Below, in pieces: positions 17,730 through 24,000 of a stretch of 24,000 nt of DNA; the stretch's first letter is position 1; every line of letters begins with the position of its first letter. The stretch is from Citrobacter freundii. Lineage in GTDB: Bacteria > Pseudomonadota > Gammaproteobacteria > Enterobacterales > Enterobacteriaceae. The stretch lies in contig JAALBX010000003.1 of assembly GCA_011077955.1 (NCBI GenBank), positions 385,230 through 409,229 on the forward strand. The letters run 5' to 3'. The position numbers and the translations under genes were made by a program. Under the pieces are notes generated by a model, which had not been told where the DNA came from, made no database searches, and saw only the letters and a program-made list of their open reading frames with translations.

Positions 17730-20272
17730 ACGGTTTCCTCCTCCACAAAGGTGACCGGGATACGTTCATACGGCGTGGCCGGACGATGCTGTTGACGTTC
17801 GGGAACGATCTGCACATTCGGGTCGCGCAGCGGGCTGTTGATAAAGTGCTGGAAGCGAACCTGAGCGGCCGGATCGTTTACCGTTTCCGTCCATTCGCAG
17901 ACCACTGCGTCGCGCAGGCGGGCCATTTCCGCTTCGAGCTGCGCGTTAAGGCCCAGCTTGTCGTCAATGATGACGCTCTTCAGATATTCGATGCCGCCTT
18001 CCATGTTATCCAGCCACGGAGCGGTACGGGTCAGTTTGTCGGCGGTGCGGATGTAGAACATCATGAAACGGTCCAGATAACGCACCAGCGTATCGCGATC
18101 GAGGTCCGCAGCCAGCAGGTCTGCGTGACGCGGTTTCATGCCGCCGTTACCGCAAACATACAGGTTCCAGCCTTTTTCGGTGGCGATAATACCTACGTCT
18201 TTACCCTGCGCTTCGGCGCACTCGCGCGTACAACCGGAGACGCCAAACTTCATTTTGTGCGGGGTGCGGATGCCTTTGTAGCGGTTTTCCAGCTCAACGC
18301 CGAAGCCCACGCTATCGCCCACGCCATAACGGCACCAGGTGCTGCCTACGCAGGTTTTAGCCATACGCAGTGCTTTGGCGTAGGCATGACCAGTTTCGAA
18401 GCCTGCTTCAATCAACTGACGCCAGATTTCCGGCAGGTCGTCTTTCTGCGCGCCGAACAGGCCGATACGCTGAGAGCCGGTAATTTTGGTGTACAGGTTA
18501 AATTCGCGGGCGATACGACCAACTTCCATCAGCCCTTCCGGGGTGATTTCACCACCGGCGGAACGAGGGATAACGGAGTAAGTACCGTCTTTCTGGATGT
18601 TCGCGAGGAAGTTATCGTTCGTGTCCTGAAGCGGGGTGTGCTTCGGTTTCAGGATGTATTCGTTCCAGCACGATGCCAGCAGTGAGCCCACGGTCGGTTT
18701 ACACACTTCACAGCCGTAGCCTTTGCCGTATTTCGCCAGCAGTTCGTCAAAGGTTTTGATGCCTTCCACGCGGATCAGGTGATACAGCTCCTGACGGGAG
18801 AACGCGAAGTGTTCACACAAATTGTGGCTTACTTCGATGCCCTGTTTTGCAAGCTCGGCATTCAGCACCTGAGTGACCAGCGGGATACAACCGCCGCAGC
18901 CGGTACCGGCTTTGGTTTCCGCTTTCAGCGCCGCAACGGTATGGCAGCCTTTGTTGATGGCGGAAATCAGCATGCCTTTGGTGACGTCAAAGCAGGAGCA
19001 AATTTGCGCGCTGTCCGGCAGTTTATCCACGCCGATAGCCGGTTTACCCTGGCTTGCGTGCGACGGGAGAATCAATGCGTCCGGGTTTTCCGGGAGTTCG
19101 ATTTTGTTCAGCACCAGTTGCAACAGGTTGCCGTAATCGCTGGTGTCGCCCACCAGTACCGCGCCCAGTAGGGTTTTGTTGTCTTCGCTGACGATAAGGC
19201 GTTTATAAACTTCTTTGCTCTCGTCCAGGAATACATAGCTGCGGGATTTCGGGGTACGGCCATGGGCATCACCGATACCGCCCACATCTACGCCCAGCAG
19301 TTTTAACTTGGCGCTAAGATCGGCGCCTTCAAAGGCGTTGGTGTTGCCGAGGATATGGTCGACCGCCACCTGGGCCATTTTGTAGCCAGGCGCTACCAGA
19401 CCATACACACGGTTGTGCCAGCTGGCGCATTCGCCGATAGCGTAAATGTCCGGGTCCGAGGTCTGGCACTTGTCGTTGATAACAATACCGCCGCGTTGGG
19501 CAACAGCCAGACCGCATTGGGTCGCCAGCTTGTCGCGCGGGCGAATACCGGTAGAGAACACGATAAAATCGACTTCAAGATCCGTACCGTCGGCAAAACG
19601 CATGGTTTTACGGGCGTTTTTACCGGTCTGAACGATCTCTTGGGTGTTTTTGCTGGTGTGTACTTTCACGCCCAGGCTTTCGATTTTCTTGCGCAGCTGT
19701 TCGCCACCCATCTGATCGAGCTGTTCTGCCATCAGCATGGGCGCAAATTCGATAACGTGGGTTTCAACGCCTAAGTTTTTCAGCGCGCCTGCCGCTTCCA
19801 GACCCAACAGGCCGCCGCCGACGACCGCGCCGCGTTTGCTGCGACGGGCGCAGGATTCGATGGCGTTGAGATCTTCAATGGTGCGATAGACGAAGCAATC
19901 CTGGGTATCAGACCCTTTGATAGGCGGGATCCACGGGTAGGAACCGGTCGCCATGATCAATTTGTCGTAATAAACGGTACGCCCGGCGCTTGAGTGGATC
20001 ACTTTTTCCTGGCGGTTAATGGTGATGGCGCGTTCGCCCATCAGCACTTTTACGCCGTGCTTCTCATAATAACCTTCACGCACTAAAGAGAGCTCTTCAG
20101 CGGTGTGGTGGGAGAAGTAAGAGGAGAGGTGAACACGATCGTAGGCGATACGTGGTTCTTCACAAAATACGGTAATGTCGAACTGGCTGGCGTCAGCTTT
20201 ATCGAGGAGATCCTCAATAAAGCGATGGCCTACCATCCCATTACCGATTATAGCCAGTTTGACTTTGCTCAT
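17726..20272 (-). CDS. nirB: Nitrite reductase [NAD(P)H] large subunit
   Basis: 848 aa with an N-terminal FAD/NAD fold (KLAIIGNGMVGHRF). Cys clusters for the [2Fe-2S] centre and the siroheme/[4Fe-4S] centre are present (CSCFDV..., GTGCGGC, TCVGSTWCRYG, SGCTRECAEA). It is collinear with E. coli NirB (847 aa). Confidence 0.97.
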   Translation of the reverse strand: MSKVKLAIIGNGMVGHRFIEDLLDKADASQFDITVFCEEPRIAYDRVHLSSYFSHHTAEELSLVREGYYEKHGVKVLMGERAITINRQEKVIHSSAGRTVYYDKLIMATGSYPWIPPIKGSDTQDCFVYRTIEDLNAIESCARRSKRGAVVGGGLLGLEAAGALKNLGVETHVIEFAPMLMAEQLDQMGGEQLRKKIESLGVKVHTSKNTQEIVQTGKNARKTMRFADGTDLEVDFIVFSTGIRPRDKLATQCGLAVAQRGGIVINDKCQTSDPDIYAIGECASWHNRVYGLVAPGYKMAQVAVDHILGNTNAFEGADLSAKLKLLGVDVGGIGDAHGRTPKSRSYVFLDESKEVYKRLIVSEDNKTLLGAVLVGDTSDYGNLLQLVLNKIELPENPDALILPSHASQGKPAIGVDKLPDSAQICSCFDVTKGMLISAINKGCHTVAALKAETKAGTGCGGCIPLVTQVLNAELAKQGIEVSHNLCEHFAFSRQELYHLIRVEGIKTFDELLAKYGKGYGCEVCKPTVGSLLASCWNEYILKPKHTPLQDTNDNFLANIQKDGTYSVIPRSAGGEITPEGLMEVGRIAREFNLYTKITGSQRIGLFGAQKDDLPEIWRQLIEAGFETGHAYAKALRMAKTCVGSTWCRYGVGDSVGFGVELENRYKGIRTPHKMKFGVSGCTRECAEAQGKDVGIIATEKGWNLYVCGNGGMKPRHADLLAADLDRDTLVRYLDRFMMFYIRTADKLTRTAPWLDNMEGGIEYLKSVIIDDKLGLNAQLEAEMARLRDAVVCEWTETVNDPAAQVRFQHFINSPLRDPNVQIVPERQQHRPATPYERIPVTFVEEETV

Positions 20273-20303
20273 TTTTGCCTCGAATTCTATTCTATTACCG
20301 CCT

Positions 20304-20309
20304 ACCTTA
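20304..20309 (-). promoter_or_regulatory. nirB promoter -10 hexamer (TAAGGT)
   Basis: The minus strand reads ...TTGATCTACATCAATAAGGGCGAATGCTGAATCGTTAAGGTAGGCGGTAATAG..., which matches the E. coli pnirB layout as I recall it. The predicted transcription start is near 20296. Confidence 0.7.
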
Positions 20310-20330
20310 ACGATTCAGCATTCGCCCTTA

Positions 20331-20344
20331 TTGATGTAGATCAA
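20331..20344. promoter_or_regulatory. FNR binding site of the nirB promoter
   Basis: TTGATgtagATCAA is a perfect match to the FNR consensus TTGAT-N4-ATCAA. It is centred about 41.5 bp upstream of the predicted start. Confidence 0.85.
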
Positions 20345-20357
20345 TTTCTGCCCCATA

Positions 20358-20373
20358 TACCCCTTAATGGGTA
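20358..20373. promoter_or_regulatory. NarL/NarP 7-2-7 heptamer pair of the nirB promoter
   Basis: TACCCCT-TA-ATGGGTA is an inverted heptamer pair of TACYYMT type. Its centre lies 28 bp upstream of the FNR-box centre, the -69.5 / -41.5 arrangement known for E. coli pnirB. Confidence 0.75.
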
Positions 20374-20510
20374 TATCCTTGATTTTTGTAGGTTTTTCTA
20401 AGTGGCGGAAATGATTCAGGTTTCATTTCTGCACGCTTTTTAAACAAATTTCGCGGAGGTGAGGTGGAATGTGGTATCACTCTAAAAAAAGCGCCTACAG
20501 CGGAGGGAGT

Positions 20511-21809
20511 ATGTCTTCAACATCTTTATGGTTAATCCAGAATGTGCGGCTTTCCGGTCGGGAAGGGTTATGGCAAATCGCCATTGATAAGGGGCGCTTT
20601 GGGGCCATCACACCAATGGAAAACGGCACGCACAGTAGTCTGGATGTGCTTAACGCGCGGGGCGGTTTAGCGATAGCGCCTTTTATTGAACCGCATATTC
20701 ATCTGGACACCACCCAGACTGCGGGCGAGCCTGCCTGGAATCTCTCGGGCACTCTTTTTGAAGGCATTGAGCGCTGGGCTGAGCGTAAGGCGATGCTGAC
20801 GCATGAGGATGTTAAAGCACGCGCCTGGCAAACCCTGAAGTGGCAAATGGCGCAGGGTATTCAGTATGTGCGTACACATGTCGATGTGTCTGACCCTACG
20901 CTCACGGCGTTAAAGGCGCTGCTGGAGGTGAAAAAAGAGGTCGCGCCCTGGATGGAGTTGCAACTGGTGGCGTTTCCCCAGGAGGGGATCCTCTCTTATC
21001 CCAACGGCGAAGCGCTGCTGGAAGAAGCGTTGAAACTCGGCGCGGATGTGGTGGGGGCGATCCCGCATTTTGAATTTACCCGCGAATACGGCGTTGAGTC
21101 GCTGAACATCGCTTTCGCGCTGGCGAAGAAATATAACCGGCCACTGGACATTCACTGTGATGAAATCGACGACGAGCAGTCGCGCTTTCTTGAAACGGTG
21201 GCGGCGCTGGCGCTTAAAGAGAATATCGGCCCACGCGTTACCGCAAGCCATACCACCGCTATGCACAGCTATAACGGGGCGTATACCTCGCGACTGTTCC
21301 GTCTGCTCACGCTTTCCGGGATTAACTTTGTCGCCAATCCGCTGGTGAATATTCATTTACAGGGGCGGTTTGATGATTATCCGAAGCGGCGTGGTATCAC
21401 GCGGGTGAAGGAGTTACTGGCGGCGAATATCAACGTCTGTTTCGGGCATGACGATGTGTTTGACCCCTGGTATCCGCTGGGTACCGGCAATATGCTTCAG
21501 GTACTTCATATGGGGCTGCACGTTTGTCAGATGATGGGGTATGAACAGATTAACCAGAGCCTGGATTTAATTACCCATAACAGCGCCAGAACGCTTGGGA
21601 TTGCAGAGTACGGCATTGAGGAGGGTAATCCGGCCAATATGATTATTCTACCGGCGGAGAACGGTTTTGAGGCGGTGAGGCGGCAGGTGCCGGTACGGTG
21701 GTCGGTGCGCCACGGGAAAGTCATTGCGACGACGCAACTTTCACAAACCTGGGTACAGATGGATAACGGCGGCGAGGAGATTTATTTTACGCGCCCTTTA
21801 GCGAAATAA
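20511..21809 (+). CDS. codA: Cytosine deaminase (CodA-like amidohydrolase), no adjacent codB
   Basis: Frame of track ORF 20469..21809. ATG at 20511 (GGAGG 4 nt upstream) gives [23 protein letters not shown]..., 432 aa. This aligns residue for residue with my recollection of the E. coli CodA N-terminus ([23 protein letters not shown]). Metal and catalytic motifs are conserved ([36 protein letters not shown]). ATG 20469 is an alternative start and also has a GGAGG 9 nt upstream. Confidence 0.9.
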   Translation: MSSTSLWLIQNVRLSGREGLWQIAIDKGRFGAITPMENGTHSSLDVLNARGGLAIAPFIEPHIHLDTTQTAGEPAWNLSGTLFEGIERWAERKAMLTHEDVKARAWQTLKWQMAQGIQYVRTHVDVSDPTLTALKALLEVKKEVAPWMELQLVAFPQEGILSYPNGEALLEEALKLGADVVGAIPHFEFTREYGVESLNIAFALAKKYNRPLDIHCDEIDDEQSRFLETVAALALKENIGPRVTASHTTAMHSYNGAYTSRLFRLLTLSGINFVANPLVNIHLQGRFDDYPKRRGITRVKELLAANINVCFGHDDVFDPWYPLGTGNMLQVLHMGLHVCQMMGYEQINQSLDLITHNSARTLGIAEYGIEEGNPANMIILPAENGFEAVRRQVPVRWSVRHGKVIATTQLSQTWVQMDNGGEEIYFTRPLAK

Positions 21810-21816
21810 AGGGCGC
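21791..21816. other. 10-bp perfect hairpin spanning the codA-like stop codon, between convergent codA-like and tsgA
   Basis: GCGCCCTTTA (21791-21800), loop GCGAAA, TAAAGGGCGC (21807-21816). The TAA stop at 21807-21809 lies inside the right arm. No U-tract follows on either strand. The tsgA stop is at 21825-21827. Confidence 0.5.
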
Positions 21817-21824
21817 GTGAGGCA

Positions 21825-23009
21825 TTACTGCGCTGCGGATGTCGCGCCGTGGCGACGATGGCGAGTCACGAAGCCTAAAATAAAGCACATCACAAACACC
21901 ACAGCGTACAAGCCGTTGGCGGTATTCAGCGCCGCCTGCGGTCCGCTATGGGCGACGATAGGCCCGGTAACCACGAAGGTCAGCATGGTGCCGATAGTGC
22001 CGCAGGTCAGAACAAAGTTGACCAGTTTCGGCGACGGCACTTTGGTTTGCTGAGAGCCGAGCGTGATGATTGAGGTATAAATCGCGCTTGAGAAAAAGCC
22101 CAGCGTTAAAATAAACCAGACCATATGCTCCGGTTTGCCGGCGATAAAGCCATACATTAAGACCGTAGCCACGCCCGCCAGTACCGTCAGAATGCGCTGC
22201 AAATCGAAAAAGCGCAGGATAACGCTGAACGCCCACATGCCGAACATATAAGACATCCAGAAATCGCTCACCAGCTTACCGGCGTCGTTCAGGCTCATGC
22301 CCAGGCTTCTGGCGTATTCCGGCACCCAGGAAATAAAGCCCAGTTGGCCGAGGATATAGCACAGCGCCGCAATGGACAGGAACAGCACGCCAATTCCCCA
22401 TTTTTCTTTCTCAACAGGCGTAGCGCTCTGTTTAGCATGCTTGCCCAGCGCCGGGAATTCGCAGCCGAAAGAGAGGATGAAAATGGCAACGTATACCAGT
22501 CCGATACAGGCATAAACCCAATACCATTCAATACTCCGTGCCAGCAGCCAGGCAGCCAGCATCGGGAAAATCATACCCGCCATGCTGAAAAAGGAGTCGG
22601 TAAACAGCAGACGCGAACCGCGTTGACGCCCTTCGTACAGTTGAGTGACAAGGAACGTGCCGATAGACATGGTAATGCCGCTCACCACTCCCAGTACGAA
22701 CATGCAGGCGGAAAACAGCGCCAGACTGTGACTGAGCATAAGCCCTGCCACGGCGAGCACCATCATCACAAAGCCAAAGCGCAGTTGGGTTTTCAGCGGC
22801 ACGATTTCCATAAGCCAGGCATTCAGGAAAATAGAAATTAAAATACCGGCGTTCAGGAAGGTGAAAGTACTGCTCATGCTGGAAACCGGCAGGCCGAAGT
22901 AGTCGGCGATATTGCCCATTACCATGCCGGTAACAATTACTAACGCGCCGGTCAGGGCGTAGGAAAAGTAACTGATCCATGTGAGCTTGATGCGATTGCT
23001 GTTAGTCAT
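21825..23009 (-). CDS. tsgA: MFS transporter TsgA
   Basis: 394 aa starting [38 protein letters not shown]... It is collinear with, and highly similar to, E. coli TsgA (393 aa). Confidence 0.95.
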   Translation of the reverse strand: MTNSNRIKLTWISYFSYALTGALVIVTGMVMGNIADYFGLPVSSMSSTFTFLNAGILISIFLNAWLMEIVPLKTQLRFGFVMMVLAVAGLMLSHSLALFSACMFVLGVVSGITMSIGTFLVTQLYEGRQRGSRLLFTDSFFSMAGMIFPMLAAWLLARSIEWYWVYACIGLVYVAIFILSFGCEFPALGKHAKQSATPVEKEKWGIGVLFLSIAALCYILGQLGFISWVPEYARSLGMSLNDAGKLVSDFWMSYMFGMWAFSVILRFFDLQRILTVLAGVATVLMYGFIAGKPEHMVWFILTLGFFSSAIYTSIITLGSQQTKVPSPKLVNFVLTCGTIGTMLTFVVTGPIVAHSGPQAALNTANGLYAVVFVMCFILGFVTRHRRHGATSAAQ

Positions 23010-23130
23010 GAAGATCCTGTGAGAAGAAAGGCAAAGCGCCTTGACGGGGTTTAAGACGCGTGCAGTTTAAGCGTTTGTGTGACGCATATAAACATTCTTA
23101 TTTTTATTTGCAGCGCAACCAACAAATTGA

Positions 23131-23146
23131 TGTGAGATAGATCACA
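23131..23146. promoter_or_regulatory. CRP binding site in the tsgA-ppiA divergent intergenic region
   Basis: TGTGAgatagaTCACA has both half-sites perfect with the correct 6-bp spacer, and its flanks are AT-rich (aaattga...attgta). It is 147 bp upstream of the ppiA ATG and 129 bp upstream of the tsgA ATG. E. coli ppiA is known to be CRP-regulated. Confidence 0.7.
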
Positions 23147-23285
23147 ATTGTAATCTCTTTACCGCAATCAATATTCCGGGATGCTAGCCGTGCATCGTAA
23201 AACCAGGTAAATCTCTGGCACGATCTGATAAGCATCTTTAGAATCAATCACTCGCTTTTAACCCAGTTTTCGAAAGGAATGCTTC

Positions 23286-23858
23286 ATGCTCAAATCAACT
23301 CTGGCGGCGGTCGCTGCTGTGTTCGCTCTTTCCGCTCTCTCTCCCGCCGCGTTGGCCGCGAAAGGCGATCCTCGCGTCATGCTGACGACATCTGCCGGAA
23401 ATATCGAACTGGAGTTAAATAGCCAGAAGGCACCGATCTCTTCGAAAAACTTCGTTGATTACGTCAATAGCGGTTATTACAACAACACCATTTTCCATCG
23501 CGTCATCCCGGGCTTTATGGTTCAGGGCGGCGGTTTTACTGCCGATATGCAGCAGAAAAAAGCCAATCCGCCTATCAAAAACGAGGCAGATAACGGCCTG
23601 CGTAACACGCGCGGCACCATCTCTATGGCGCGTACCGCCGATAAAGACAGCGCCACCAGCCAGTTCTTTCTTAATGTGGCGGATAATGCCTTCCTCGATC
23701 ACGGGCAGCGTGATTTCGGGTACGCCGTATTTGGTAAAGTTGTGAAAGGGATGGATGTGGTCGATAAAATCGCCCAGGCCCAGACTCACGATGTAGGTCC
23801 ATACCAAAATGTGCCGTCAAAACCGATAGTTATCCTTTCTGCAAAAGTCCTGCCGTAA
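23286..23858 (+). CDS. ppiA: Periplasmic peptidyl-prolyl cis-trans isomerase A (cyclophilin type)
   Basis: 190 aa with a signal peptide [27 protein letters not shown] and cyclophilin core motifs ([31 protein letters not shown]). It is collinear with E. coli PpiA. Confidence 0.96.
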   Translation: MLKSTLAAVAAVFALSALSPAALAAKGDPRVMLTTSAGNIELELNSQKAPISSKNFVDYVNSGYYNNTIFHRVIPGFMVQGGGFTADMQQKKANPPIKNEADNGLRNTRGTISMARTADKDSATSQFFLNVADNAFLDHGQRDFGYAVFGKVVKGMDVVDKIAQAQTHDVGPYQNVPSKPIVILSAKVLP

Positions 23859-23962
23859 CGCGTCTTTACGCGGGTTCGCTTAACTCGCGTCGCTTGCCTC
23901 CCGGCGTGTCTCCCGTTTGATGCTTATACTTGTGGCAAATGGGAAACGATCAGGGAGGCGCT

Positions 23963-24000
23963 ATGTCTAAAAAACTCACCGATAAACAGAAATCCCGACT
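23963..24000 (+). CDS. yhfG: YhfG (Fic-associated small protein / antitoxin), 5' end only
   Basis: ATG at 23963 is preceded by AGGGAGG. The translation MSKKLTDKQKSR... matches the E. coli YhfG N-terminus (MKKLTDKQKSRLW...). The gene is truncated by the window edge. Confidence 0.6.
   Translation, partial: MSKKLTDKQKSR

Noticed and set aside
17786-18685. A 299-aa ORF on the plus strand inside nirB. Similar long antisense ORFs occur at 11615..12196, 3076..3510, 8449..8898, 6511..6969, 15336..15770, 16538..17005, 19355..19774, 20910..21356 and 22344..22841.
   Set aside because: Each lies entirely antisense to a confidently identified, highly conserved gene. Their products are Arg/His/Gln-rich with no recognisable motifs. 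These are the typical shadow ORFs of GC-rich coding DNA.
23077-23092. A second CRP-like sequence TGTGAcgcataTAAAC upstream of tsgA.
   Set aside because: Only the left half-site matches and the right half is poor. That is insufficient to call without binding data.

Overview
This window is a well-conserved enterobacterial chromosomal segment. It is syntenic with the E. coli K-12 hofM to yhfG region, and the protein sequences suggest the Citrobacter/Salmonella/Escherichia clade. Gene identities come from my recollection of E. coli orthologues and from visible motifs; no search was run. Gene order with strand: hofM' (+), hofN, hofO, hofP, hofQ (+), aroK, aroB, damX, dam, rpe, gph, trpS (+), yhfL (-), frlR, frlD, frlC, frlB, frlA (-), cysG, nirC, nirD, nirB (-), a codA-like cytosine deaminase (+), tsgA (-), ppiA (+), yhfG' (+). 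All genes look intact. I found no rRNA, tRNA, CRISPR array, IS element or phage gene. Several long ORFs in the supplied track are upstream extensions of real genes (hofN/O/P/Q, aroB, damX, rpe, frlR, cysG, codA-like); I re-set those starts by homology and Shine-Dalgarno context. One real gene, the 56-aa lipoprotein yhfL, falls below the track's size cut-off. Recognisable regulatory sites are the nirB promoter (perfect FNR box, NarL/NarP 7-2-7 site, TAAGGT -10), a perfect CRP core between tsgA and ppiA, a CRP-like site plus a 9-bp inverted repeat upstream of frlA, and a bidirectional terminator between trpS and yhfL. I do not see a convincing new multi-gene system here. The points most worth a second look are modest: (1) the fructoselysine operon lies on the opposite side of yhfL from its E. 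coli K-12 position, and the yhfS-yhfZ block is absent; (2) an orphan codA-like gene without codB sits between tsgA and the nirB control region; (3) the nirD-nirC spacer is enlarged, carries a terminator-like hairpin, and is spanned exactly by an ORF with a UAAUG junction; (4) an A9 homopolymer occupies codons 2-4 of dam; (5) strong hairpins punctuate the frl operon.
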